64,000 bases of DNA from Marsupella aquatica (GCA_973895155.1 OZ316895.1:20350803-20414802), one strand, 5' to 3'; positions 1-11,964 are shown, counted from the first letter of the stretch. A program made the numbers and translations. The notes: generated by a model from the sequence alone, not told the origin.

Positions 1-184
1 TAATATTAAGTGTGGTTGGAATAGCAAGAACAAACTGCAATCGCTGATTCTATTTGGGAACTATGTACGCTTTTTACTTTAAGGGTGGCTTGATTTATTA
101 ATGAACTAGCATGCTGATTAGAATGCAAAGTGCGCTGTCACTGCACTTCAAGCTCATAACCGAAGATGCTGATGAGTTTTGTAG

Positions 185-750
185 CGTACGAACCGTCCAA
201 GAAGGAAGCAAAAGTTGGAACTCCTGAAAGACCTCTTTCTGATCTGGGACAGGTAAACACTTCCTTACAGAATCTACATTTCTTCATGGACAAGTGAGCC
301 ACTTTGTTGTAACGCTTTTATGCTACGGTTCGCGTTTCCAGGGTTTCAATTGCTTAAAATATAATTGAGCAATGCCGGGGCTGACATTTTGTATGTCACG
401 GGTAAGTTTTAGGAGCTACTGGACAACGGTTCTGTTAGGGATACTGCGAGATCATCGAGGGAACCTTTCGATCAAGGTTGGAAACGATGCTAAAGTTACT
501 GTGCTCTGTTTTAATTCAACTACATTCAGTGGCAGAAATGGTTCTCTTGGTCTGCTATTTACCAATCTTGCTTCCATCTGAGAGTACATTCCTATGACTG
601 GTTGAGGGACGCCATTTCAGCGGGCTTCTTAACACGTTGTTACTTGTGGGTCGTTTCATGCATGATTTTCTTGCAGGACCTGAGTTCCATGATTGCCATC
701 CGTACTGATGATATCATCAGCACTCTTCAGTCCCTCATTTGATCAAGTAA
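185..750 (+). pseudogene. MYST-family histone acetyltransferase (HAM1/2, ESA1-like), 3' gene fragment, pseudogenised
   Basis: Exons 185-252 (YEPSKKEAKVGTPERPLSDLGQ), 402-476 (VSFRSYWTTVLLGILRDHRGNLSIK) and 677-~750 (DLSSMIAIRTDDIISTLQSL) match the conserved MYST C-terminus, including GTPERPLSDLG. The acceptor before 402 reads CGG rather than CAG. A 1-nt deletion near 737 gives an early TAA, and I see no final exon. Confidence 0.85.
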
Positions 751-1194
751 GCTTGATTTGAGTGTTTTCCTCACGTTGCAAATAGATTCAGGCAGAGGCA
801 TTAGCTAGAAACAAAAAGTTTGGGAATGTGGACTGTGAGAGATTTCCGTTTTTTAAAGAGTTTTCCATATTTTTTAAACCCATCAGTCCATTGCGTACTT
901 GTCAAGACAGTTTGCCTCTAGGTGACTTCCACCCCTGGATTCATTTAGGGTAGCTTAATTTTCCAGGAAAGCTTGGAAGCCCCCTTGCTTAGCAGGTGGG
1001 CTACTTGAAGTCTTTTATTGAGCAATAATTGACGATCTGTTTCCTCCACAGTCAGAAAACATTACATAGGGGATTTTGTTACCAAGGGTTGACCCCGATC
1101 GGAATGTAAAAAAAAGCGAACCTACTGCCATCCTGGACCAAGAGTTAAGTAACCAGTGTTATCTTATACCCTTGGGCTGACCACCCTTTGGCGG

Positions 1195-1722
1195 GGCGGT
1201 CTTTGCGAGGCCCCAATTATATACACAGAGAATGATGGACTGAGAGAATCATCGTTCGTGAACCCCCATAGAAGCGCGAGGTCGAGAGAACACGGCAGTG
1301 GGCACAGAGAGAGAATTGATAGCAATTTAAACGTGAGGTTTGATTCCCGATAAGCAGCCAAAGATGGGTGCAGCAGGCACACAGGAAGAATGATGTTCGT
1401 CCCGTCTCTTCTAGGCGGCAAGAGAGCATGTAGTCTGTTCTCCAACAACAAATCTCTGGTCCTCTCACTCTTCTTCCGTCCCGTCCGCTTTATGATCCTC
1501 TCGCTTCGCTGCTTCTCTCGTCCTGTTTGCTTAAAAGTCTCCTCTCCTTCTTCACGTGTTCGTCTTCCTGCTTGTAGTACTGGCAGGGCGGTCTATGCAA
1601 GGCCCCAATTATATACAGAGAATGATCAACTGAGAGAGGCATCGTTCATGAGCCCCCATAGGAGCGCGAGGTCGAGAGAACACGGCACTGGACACAGAGA
1701 GAGACATGATAGCAATTTAAAT
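1195..1722. repeat. Diverged ~140-bp direct repeat pair (1195-1332 and 1587-1722)
   Basis: Both copies read ggcggtct..gc.aggccccaattatatac..agagaatgat...gcgcgaggtcgagagaacacggca.tgg.cacagagagag...gatagcaatttaaa. Confidence 0.9.
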
Positions 1723-3106
1723 GCTTGAGCGACTTCGGGATTTTATCAAAACTGCATGATTGTGAGGGACGTGCCCGGGCGGGTGGCAGGGAGGAGGAAG
1801 GGAGAAATTGAGGGTCACGTACTGGTGATGGGATGGAAATTGGGAGGAAAGAGTATGGCACGGAATTGACAGAAGTGGAGCCGTTTGGCCACGTGCAGGG
1901 TTTCAGCTATGTATGTAGCTGGTGGAGCGAGATACGCCAGTCAAGGACGGAAGGGTTTAGAGATAAATATCCTAAAAGAATGACAACAACCATCATACAA
2001 GGCATAATTTGTGTGTAAGATGAATCAATTGGCTAGAGAGAAATGTATTTACAAATTGATCTCATAGTATTACAAAATTTATCATATTTGTTATTATAAT
2101 ATTTTTAATAAATTTTTAAATAATATTATATTTATAACAAATAAATATTTTTTTAAATATTTTTTTTATAGGGATGAGTATTTTTTGAATGTATACTCAC
2201 ATAGTTTTAGTTTCTCTTCAATTTGAACCCAATTCTTACAATGTGTTTCACCATTTCTTTCATTAACTAGTTCTTCAAATATTCACAAAATATAGTTAGA
2301 AAATAAATTAAATTGTTGTGCAATCCTCATAAGCGTGAATTTGGTTCTGCCATTCACGAAAAAATAACGCACCTGTTGACACTGCAGTTCGATCTGAAAA
2401 AGAGAAAATCTCCTCTAGTAATCATAATGAAGGGTATTGTCCAAACCTGGCTTTCCCTCTCTTGCTCTTTAGCTATTTTTTTCTCTTGCGCTTCAGCTAT
2501 CGTCGCAGACGCTTCGCATTATGCCGCATGGTCCTTTGTTACCAACGTTGGTTTTTGTGAAGCTGGAAGATTCGCTACGTGTTTGTGATGGGAATGAGTT
2601 TGATATTTGCAATGTCGTGGGGTTGGCAACTAGCGAGCCTTATAAGATCACTCTTATGCAAAATAAATTTGATGGGGACTTCCGATCTAAATTGGATCGG
2701 AACTTGTGAGTTGGTTTAGGCCAGAAGTTGTGAACCGTTTGACTTCGCAACTTGTGATGTTACTTGGTTATATAATAGCGATCCGAGTCATTTCAGTATT
2801 TCCTAGTTATCCAAGTTCGCAATGGGTTTGCACTTTCATGGGAACACGACTTTCAATCAATGTTTTGCGAGGGATTTCTCTTGGCAGTGGACCCAATGTG
2901 GAAGGCAAATGTTTTTTATAAGATCCATGCAAGTATATAGGTGGATATACCAAAATGTTAGGGCTTGAATTAAGGAACCCAATACACAAGAGGGGTGGCA
3001 TATCTGATGCCAAATCACCCTACTCAACATATGCTATCCTAGCTAAGCTCCAACACGGCTAGTCAGTGACATGTATTTCATGAGCCCGGTCATGAGATTC
3101 TACAAG

Positions 3107-5077
3107 CTAACTAAAATGGACTCTTCCGACCCCGCTTTGTCGGCTTCTCTGCCAGCTTCTTGCCCTTATCCTTCTGTGGATGTACAGCCTGGTGCTGATG
3201 GGTGCACGGTGCCTTTCAGCGCTGCTGCTCCTCCTGCTCCTCCTCCTCCTCCTCCTGCCCATCCTCCTCCTCGTCACCTCCCTCCTGCTCCCCCTCATCA
3301 TCAACCTGTCTTGATGATGCACGACTACTACCACTACTGCGATGGGATGAACCTACCTCCCGGCTACTGCCCCTCTCCCTAGAACCACTGGTAAGAGGAG
3401 TAGCCCCCTCATCCTCATCATCACTACTACTTGCGCCAGCACCCAACCCCTCAGGCTCATCCGAATCCTGCATCCGTACACTTAATCAGTTTCTACAAAT
3501 TAAAAAGGGTCATCCACAATGTTGACATCACAATTAATTAAACCTTGAACACCTAGATACTTACAGTAGCCAACTCGGCATCCACCATCTGAAAGAGGTA
3601 CTTTCTCCCATGCTCCATCCCTATCTCAATATGTTTCTTGGATATCTTCCTCTTATATTTCCGGTACTGCCATGCACCATAAAACCAAAAATTAAACCCA
3701 TAGGCTAAACCAAAATTCACAATGCTAGAGGCCTTAGGCCTAGAAAAGTTAAACTACTTTGAAAACAACTCAAATTCACATTTGCGAAGCTGATGCGTTC
3801 ACAAAATGCGAAGACCTAATTTTTGCAAAGGCATTGTGATGGCTTTTGCGATGCGCGTACCTTCGCAACAGCATCAGAAAATCCAAAAAGAAAAAAGTGC
3901 ATAGTAGACTTTGCGAGGCTCTTGCGAACGGATACACATCGCAATGGGATCGCAAACTGTGATCCCGAGAGGTTTTTAAAAATGCACAAATTTCTAAGTG
4001 TCAGTCGTGACCTAAAACAGTGCACAAGCAAGCACATGAGAGCATGGACATCATGACATTCCATTCACTTGCATTACCTCAACTGAGAAAGTAAGGAGGA
4101 AAGAGCTTAGGGAGGAGAGGAGACACTCACAAAGTGGGCCTTGAGACCGGGGAGCCCGCCTTGACCCAGCTTGTGGACTGGATTGGGGGTGGCTTTCACT
4201 CGCTTGGCTGCATCCATGAAACGTTTGGGTGGTCTTCCTTCTGCTCGAGTCCCTTCAGGTCATGGTCAAGGGGGAGCTTCCCGGTCTCCTTTGCTTTCAG
4301 GGATCGAGCTAGTGTATCCTTCCACTGTTCCAACTCGCGAGCTGCTTTGATTTGCACCTCAATCTTGTAAAATGCATCCCAGATGTCCTTAGTGAATTGG
4401 AGGGGCCTACGCAAATTCCTGTACGATCTCAAGTCTCTCAGGTGGGCTCTAATCTTCATCCTATCATGGTATCTCATTTGAGACATGGAATTAGAAATCT
4501 TGTCTGCCAGCCATTGCTCATCTATGTCAGCTCCATTATGAAATGCATCCTTGATCTGATTCATCACTCTCTTTCGCTCTGCCTTCTCAACCTTTCCCCA
4601 TTGCATGCCTTGTGAGAAATTGCTTGTGATGATCTGTTTGATGGTGCTCTTAGCCCCTGCATAGGCTAGCTCAGTTGGAGTCCCAGTTGTCTCCAAGGCA
4701 ATGAATGGAAGCTTTTTCCTTGCATCCTCTTTCTGACGTTGCTCATCTCGTTGTTTTCAAATTGCATCCCTCTCCTCTCTTCTCTTCTGTTTTTCTATGG
4801 CTTGAGGAGAGGCAACTCCCAACTTAGCCCTCTCCTCCCTCTTCCTTCTTTTCTCTCTAGCCTTCTCCTCAGCTGCGACCCTCTCTTCCTCGTCTCTAGT
4901 AGCTTGCCCTGCCACAATTCCTGTTTGCAAAACCTGGCCTAAAATGGCACTCAAGGAGGCAAGCCCTGCTGGAGTATTCAAATTTACTTCACCCAACTGT
5001 GCAGCACTGAGATCGAGAGAGAAGCGAGAGGAGAAGGGGCCCTGCTGGAGAAAATGTATCTCTAATTTGTGAAGCAA
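3107..5077 (-). pseudogene. TnpA/Ptta (Transposase_24)-like second CACTA protein with acidic C-terminus, disrupted
   Basis: ORFs 4757-5077 and 4196-4696 are in the same frame, separated by one TGA. The motif W.KV....RKRVMNQIKDAF...W...RP..FTKDIWDAF resembles En/Spm TnpA-like proteins. There is a GT donor near 4130, a further probable exon at ~3564-3670, and an E/D/S-rich exon at ~3216-3475. Confidence 0.6.
3720..4000. mobile_element. Putative 281-bp non-autonomous mini-CACTA in an intron of the TnpA-like gene
   Basis: Begins CAATGCTAGA and ends TTTCTAAGTG (imperfect TIR). It is flanked by TCA (3717-3719) and TCA (4001-4003), consistent with a 3-bp TSD. The interior is rich in the same ttgcga/tcgcaa motifs as the ends of element A. 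Confidence 0.5.
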
Positions 5078-5199
5078 TTTGCGAGGCAGGTGATCTCGGT
5101 TTAGGGTGGGAAACTATCCCAGGTGTTTAAACGGCTTTACAAGGGTATGGCCTATTTAAACCCTTTTAACTCAACATGGATTTGTGAATGGCCAATTAG

Positions 5200-6200
5200 T
5201 TTGAAGAAGAGGATTTTAGGTTATAGTTGGGTTCTAATTTAACAAAGGGTTTGAGTTTTAATTTGGGGTTTGGATTTAGAAAGGGTTTAGTTTAGGGAGG
5301 GTTGTGTTTCAATTGAAGGGGTTAATTTGGGTTTAGGTTTTAATGTAAGGGTTTGGTTTGACTTTTCACTGATTTCATATTTTTTGCTCTATACATATTT
5401 CAGTTTAGGGACATGGTTTTAATAGAGGACTTTAAGTTAGGGTCTAAGGTAGGGGTTTGGGTAAGGTTGTAATTGAGAAGTTTGGGTTAGGGTTTAGGGT
5501 AGGGGCTTGATTTTGGTTTAAGTTTAGGGGTTTGGGTTAGGGTTTAGGGTAGGGGCTTGATTTTGGTTTAAGTTTAGGGGTTTGGGTTAGGGTTTAGGGT
5601 AGGGTCTTGATTTTGGTTTAAGTTTAGGGGTTTGGGTTAGGTTTAGGGTAGGGGATTGATTTTGGTTTAAGTTTAGGGGTTTGGGTTAGGTTTAGGGTAG
5701 GGGCTTGATTTTGGTTTAAGTTTAGGGGTCTGGGTTAGGTTTTAAATATAGGGGTTGGGTTCCATTTTAATTCTAAGTTGTGTTTCATTTTTAATTGAGG
5801 GGTTTGGGTTAGGATTTTTGGGTAAGGGTTTGATAGGTAATGAGGGAATATGAATAGGTAACTTAGGATGGAGTTTGAGTTAGGGTTTAAGGTAGGGGTT
5901 TGAGTAAGGTTTTAGCTGAGGGGTTTGGGTTAGGTATTGAATATAGGGGATCGATGGGTTCAATTATAATTCAGGCTTGTGTTTAATTTTTAATTTAGGG
6001 ATTTGGGTTAGGGTTTAGGGTAAAGGCTTCATAGGTAATGAGGGAGTTTGGGTTATGGTTTCAGATGGGGTTTGAGTTAGGTTTTAGCTGAGGGATTTGG
6101 GTTAGGGTTTGAATGTAGCAGTTGGGTTTTTAGCGTAGGGGTTTTGGTTAGCTAGGGCTTTGGGTAAGGGTTTTATATGTTCATGTTTAGGGTAGGTTTT
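5200..6200 (+). repeat. Degenerate telomere-like (TTTAGGG/TTAGGG) array, including ~5 copies of a 50-bp unit at 5481-5740
   Basis: The unit tttgggttagggtttagggtaggggcttgattttggtttaagtttagggg repeats at 5481, 5531, 5581, 5631 and ~5680. The flanks are G/T-skewed variants of it. Confidence 0.92.
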
Positions 6201-6638
6201 TTTTTTCTAATTGAGGGTATGCTTTCTTTATTTCATTAACATGAAGGGGTGGAACACTCTAGGAGTTGCAGGGCACTTCCCCATCGTTTTGAAAGTTTTG
6301 GCTAATGCATATGCATTGCGAGAGCTCGGGCATCTGAAAGGTAAAGCTTGTTTTCCTGGCATTTTTTATTTTTACTGTAACTTGAGGGTCTATCATCCCT
6401 TTCTATAGTTTACCATAAGTCATTGCTTAATTCATTGTATATTTGCAGATTTATCCCTCCTACTTCCAGATTGGGTTCATCAAGTTTGGACCAAAAGACC
6501 TATAGGCATTGCTGAGCCCGGGTCTCATAAAGGTATTTTTTCCTTTCATTTCAGTTTAATATGTCTACATAGGAATTACAAATGATCGTTTTAGCTATTT
6601 GATTACTAACTCACTATTCCAAATCTTCCACTTGCCAG

Positions 6639-7791
6639 ATGTCTTCATCCTCTACAACTTCCACCACATCAGACTCCTCCTCTGATGAGGACATAGATCC
6701 TCCTCATCAGCCTGAAACAGCCGCTCGTCAACCTAGTGGTCCACCACGCCAACTTTGCAGTTGTAAAAAATGTGTGGGGATGGTTGTCCAGAAGTCATAT
6801 GTATATGCAGACCATATTTCTCGATATGGACAACATCGAGGTCTTACACCCGGAGCCTCTTCATCCCATACGGTGAGTTGTAAACTTACTATGGTTTATT
6901 TTTTATTCAATAAATATTGCTAGCATGATAAGTTGGGGAAGTTTACAATCACTTTGTTGGATTTGTTCCCTATAGGTATCTAATAGGCCTACACCCACGG
7001 CACCAGCACCCTATGTTCCCTCACAAGGAGTTCTAGATGCTATAGGCTCGGCCCTTTCACAAGCTTTCCGTTTAGTTGGAGCAGAGCGAAGTGGTGTTGG
7101 GACAGTTCAGGGTGATGGTATTGTTACACGAGGGAAAAAACGGTCTAAAAAGCAACCTAGAGGGGAAGTTGATCAGTACACCTGTAGGGTTGATGGTAGG
7201 TGGGGACCTTGTACATTCACAGGGAAATGTGTTCCTATCATAAAGGATTGGAATCCTGATTGCCTTGGTTTGCCATGTGATATAACCTATGGTGAGGAAA
7301 TAGAGGTTTGGGGAAGACATTGGATTGTCAAAAGTTCTACACTAGGGGAGAGACATGGGTATGGAATTTTTTCTTGCCAGGACATCATTGTGGATGATAT
7401 GGGTGGAAAAGGGCGCTCTCAAGATGGACCAACGTTGTTCCCATATGGTGGACCCATTTACAAGCGGAGACATTGGAACATGTTCCTTGTACAACACCCT
7501 GAGTGGAAGACTTATGCATTGGACATGGATACTTTTGATGGTTGCACTAGGAAGTATAGTGAACAACGTATAATTGATGGTGATCCCATCCGTAGTGGAA
7601 ATATAGCCGGTTTCATTAACAGTACTGTGGGGACCCGGCCTAAGCGTAGGAAAAACTATGAATGGGTTTTTGTTGATGGTCCCCCTCCAACACCATATGG
7701 GCAGAGATATCATCATGACCATTGTCTAGTTGTAGCTACTAGGACCATCAAGGTCAGAGAGGAGTTGTTTACACATTATGAGTGGGATTAG
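6639..7791 (+). CDS. Transposon-encoded SET-domain protein (349 aa): transposase-associated Cys/His domain plus SET; exons 6639-6872 and 6976-7791
   Basis: Exon 1 (78 codons; CSCKKC...DHISRYG) ends at a phase-0 GTGAGT donor. After the TATAG acceptor at 6971-6975 the frame is open to TAG at 7789-7791. SET hallmarks are present: VKSSTLGERHGYGIF, LFPYGG, IIDGDPIRSGNIAGFINS and VVATRTIKVREELFTHY. Confidence 0.85.
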
Positions 7792-7987
7792 GCTTATTTT
7801 AGGGACATGTGTTATTTATATGTTCCTTCATGCTTTGTGAACATATATTTTGTAAGTTAGGGTTTACACCCTAAACCTATGATGTTCTTTCACATTGTAT
7901 GTTAATAATATGTGTCGATATTGTTTTTGTCTTATGAGGGATTTAATTTGGAGTTTGATTGTGAATGCTTTATTGTATTGTCCATAG

Positions 7988-10900
7988 AATGTGCGACCTA
8001 GTCAAGATATGTTGCCAAGGAGGTTGAGAGCTACATATGAAGAAATGGGCATGCCACAAGACGGAGTCACATCATCAACAGATTCTTCATCCAATGACAG
8101 TGACAATGAGGGTTTGGATGAAGGGGCACCTAGGACAGATTTTGAGGTCATGCAGGACCAGGAGACAGCCATGGATGACTTCATGACAGATTGGTTTGGT
8201 GTGGACGTTGATGGTGAAGGACGTGGACCACCCAATGAAGGAGCTCCTCCACCAAATGCTGCACATGACCCCCGACCTCAACATACACCAGAAGGTCAAC
8301 AACAATGGGAAGAAGCGGAGGCACATGCTAGAACACTTATTTATGGGGGTGCTCGTTTGAATAGACTCTCTGCCATCTTGGCATTGATGAATCTTCAGGC
8401 AAAACACAAGGCAAGCAATGCCCTTCTATCGGATTTGTTTGCAATTTGCCATGACCTCATATTACCTAGTAACAATGTATTGCCAGGAACTTGGAAGGAG
8501 GCAAAGAGAGTTCTATCATCCATTGGTATGGAATATCATATCATTCATGCTTGTGTGAATGACTGCATCCTATATCATGAGACCAATGCCAACATAACTG
8601 AGTATCCAATTTGTCATGAGCCTCGATATGACAACAACATGTTGACGGAAAAGGTGCCCAGGAAAGCTGTCCGTTGGTTTCCCATTATTCCTCAATTGTT
8701 GCATATGTATCGATGTTCTGACTTGGCAGAATTGATTGTATGGCATAAGACACATCGATCAGAGGCTGGTGTCATGCGGTTGTCAGTTGACTCCCTTGCT
8801 CACAAGCATGTGGAGGCACAATGGCCAGAGTTTGCACATGACCCTCGTCATGTGAGGTTGGGGTTGGCATCGGATGGGGTCAGCCCACACTCCCTTGGTG
8901 GGAAAGGACGCCCAACTTTAGTTTGGCCGGTGGTTGTTATGAATTACAATCTTCCACCATGGTTGTCCATGAAAAAGGGCTTCTTATTGCTATCATTGAT
9001 TATCCCAGGTCCATCTAAGGTAAAAAACATGGACACCTATTTGGCACTATTGGTTGGGAAACTCCAAAAATTATGGGACGGTGTGTGGGCCTATGATGGT
9101 CAAAAAACTATAGGGGGATTACCACGTGTCTTCAAATTGAAGGGAATCAATATGTGGACCATGCATGACTATCCTGGTAAAGGGTATGGATTGGTGTTTT
9201 TTTATGTATTAGAGAGTTTGTTTTAAAAGAAGTCCCTCATATTTATGTATGTACATGAACTTTTTAAATCCTTTGACTCTAATTGAGAAAGTTGTTTTGG
9301 TTTGGGTTTGTTGCAGGGTTTGGGTTTGTTTCAGGGTTACAAACTCAAGGGTATAAGGCATGCTCCACTTGTGGTCCAAGCCTTGAAGATATGGCCAAGT
9401 ACTCAAGATGGCTTTGCAAGATAATCTACCTTGGGCATACCAAGTTTCTTCCACTTGGACATGAGATGAGGTCTGACCCCCTTCTATTTTCAGACTTTGA
9501 CATGATCAATGGTGATGAGCGTGACATACCTGAGCGTACATCCTTTGCACATTGGAAATCCATAGCTGATAGGGTGGCAGACCCTAACGACCCCATGACA
9601 TTTGATGGAAGTGGGTTGACAAGGTGGAGTATACTAGCCACATTGCCGTATTGGCCAGAGTTGAAGATTCATCATTTGTTAGACCCCATGCATATAGAGG
9701 GAAACGTTGGGAAGGGTTGATCAAGCATTTTTATGGAGAAAATGACCATAATTTTAGGGAGGCATGCCAGGATCTAGAACGACATCCAAATGTATGGATA
9801 ACAGTTGATGCATCAACAGGGATGGAACACCGTCCTTCAGCTCCTTGGGTTTTGAGTGTTGGTGAAAGAAGAGAGTTTCAACAACGCATAGGTCAGATGC
9901 GGTTTCCTACAGGCTATGGTGCCAATCTCCGGAAAGCTTTTGGGATGGAGGACAGTCATAAGTGGCCAATGTATTTGAAGACACATGACTATCACCGTTT
10001 ACTACAACATATACTTCCTATGGCAATCATAGGCTTGGGCAGTGAAGAAGTGCAAGACACCCTATGGTCATTGGGCACTTTGTTGAGATGAATATGCTCA
10101 AAGGAAATATATGAAGAAGAGATCCCACGGATGGAGGTATTGGCAACAGAGGTAGTGTGCAAGTTAGAGAAGGCCCTCCCTCCTTCCTTCTTTGATTGTC
10201 AAGTACATTTACTTGTTCATCTTGTGAGGGAGGTTGCCATTGCTGGTCCAGTGCATTGTCGTTGGATGTATTGGTTGCAAAGGTATATGGCTGTGTTAAA
10301 GGCTTATATACGGAATCGTGCATGAGTGGAGGGGAGCATGGCAACAGGATACTTGGCAGCTGAGAATATGTTCTATTGCAGCAACATCTTAGCTACCATT
10401 GATCCTAGTTGTCCACGCAGTTGGATGGAAGAGAGAGAAATGGAGGAGGATCGTTTAACAGGAGCCAAAAAACACGCTTATTGACCGGAGTGGAGTTGAC
10501 ACAGATGACTACTTTCATGTTGAGTAATAGTACTGTGATGGAAGAATGGAGAGAGTTTATGAGGATGCAAAGAGGGAGAGTCGTCGCCCAAGGATTTTTC
10601 CAAAGTTCCTTGAGTATATGAGGGAGAAAGTACTTCAGTTGGATGCTATGGTGGCCCAAGATGAGAGTGTATCACATTTTCCAGATATGACTCCTGATCA
10701 AGGTTCGAACAATTGTTCATGGCCCTTTGAGACTTGTTCAGACCAGAACAACAATGTGGACACAAGGAAGACATTTCAGGATTTCTGACCTTGATGAGAA
10801 GAGGGGTAGAACTTTTGACTATGGAGTTCAAGGGCAGTTCATGCAGGATTCACAAAGTAGCTGCCATGACACCAATGTCATCCGAGATGTGGTGCCTCAC

Positions 10901-11268
10901 TATGGGAAGATAGAGGAGATCTTGATTGTATCCTATGATGCGGATACAAAATTTGAAGAGTATGTCTTCAAGTGTAAGTGGTTCAAAATTCACTTGGTTG
11001 GTGAGAATCGCACAGTACTTCTTGATGATTGTGGGTTTACTCGACTGAAGACATCATTCAGCAACTAGCTTTCAACCATCTCATTGGCAAACATCTGAAC
11101 CGTTTACATTCCCAAGTCACCTTGAGCAGTGTTTCTATATTTCGTACCCACCAGACCCAGAGGAGTGATCAGTTATACCGTATGTGCCACGATCTCGTTC
11201 CATTATCTCAGAAAAACCTGAAGTTATTATTGTGTCAAACGGAGGAGAGGATGAGGACCAAGTTTGAT
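7988..11268 (+). pseudogene. CACTA TnpD transposase (Transposase_21 plus DUF4218/DUF4216-type regions), disrupted
   Basis: Motifs include IHACVNDCILY, RHVRLGLASDG, WPVVVMNYNLPPWLSMKK, DYPG|FGFVSG..TQGYKAC (intron 9177-9316), LDPMHIEGNV, LKTHDYH, VHLLVHL..GPVHCRWMY and YGKIEEIL..VFKCKWF. Lesions: frameshift near 9715, stops at 10089 and 10323, and further frameshifts/stops at ~10430-10480, ~10700 and 11066. Confidence 0.93.
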
Positions 11269-11964
11269 GCATCACTAGTAGTAAAACTTGTTGTGAGCGT
11301 ATAATTGTGATTATATTAACTATCATGGTTTTGTTTATATTTACCTATTTATTTTCTTCTTTTGTCTTACAAACACTTGGACTTTGAAATTTCATTTTAC
11401 TGCTATACATGCAACCCTAGCCACTAGAAAAGTTATCCTCATGCATGCCACTTTTTTGAAATCCCTAGCTTATAACCTAAACACATGCATTCTCCATCTT
11501 CTAAAGTATTCTCTCAAAAATTTCCATTCTGAAAACTTTGCAAACAACTCTCTTTGCGAAATATTATTTGAACCAGACAGGAAGGAATTTTTGAACCTCT
11601 TGTGAATCCAATTCCATTGGTACTTGTGATACAAATACGTTCTCAAACTTGCGACCAAATTGGCTTCGGTACTTTGCGATCCACCGTTCTTCACAACACT
11701 TTCCGAACATAATAGGTTCACAAACCATTTGTGATAGTATTAGTCTCGCTAAATTATGAACCAAAATGTATCCGAATACGGTCGCGATGGTCGCGGACTC
11801 ACAAAATCGTTGCGAGACAACTAGTATCTAAACGTGTTGCAAAGTCAATAACATCAAAAATTAATTGCGATGTCTGTAGCTTTGCAACTTGAATGTGCGA
11901 TGGTAAGAGCATGGGATATTGTGATGCGTGTTGCATCACAAAATATCTGAAGGTTCTAACATTG

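Larger units (their letters stand above)
2500..11964 (+). mobile_element. CACTA/En-Spm DNA transposon (element A) with divergent TnpA-like and TnpD/SET genes; left end unresolved
   Basis: Contains Transposase_21-type and DUF4218/DUF4216-type coding sequence. tcgca/tgcga subterminal-like motifs cluster at ~2500-2870 and ~11540-11940. The right end TTCTAACATTG (11954-11964) resembles a degenerate CACTG-type TIR. No left TIR or TSD was found. Confidence 0.7.

Noticed and set aside
3071-3525. Pro-rich and Ser-rich plus-strand ORFs
   Set aside because: These are antisense shadows of the acidic low-complexity exon of the minus-strand TnpA-like gene.
5200-6200. True telomere or chromosome end
   Set aside because: The array is degenerate, internal, and flanked on both sides by transposon genes.
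11273-11287. CACTAGTAGTAAAAC as the left TIR pairing with the 13248 end (a 2-kb MTase-only element)
   Set aside because: The flanks (CAT vs TGT) give no 3-bp TSD, and element B's subterminal repeats are absent next to it. Probably coincidental, though not excluded.
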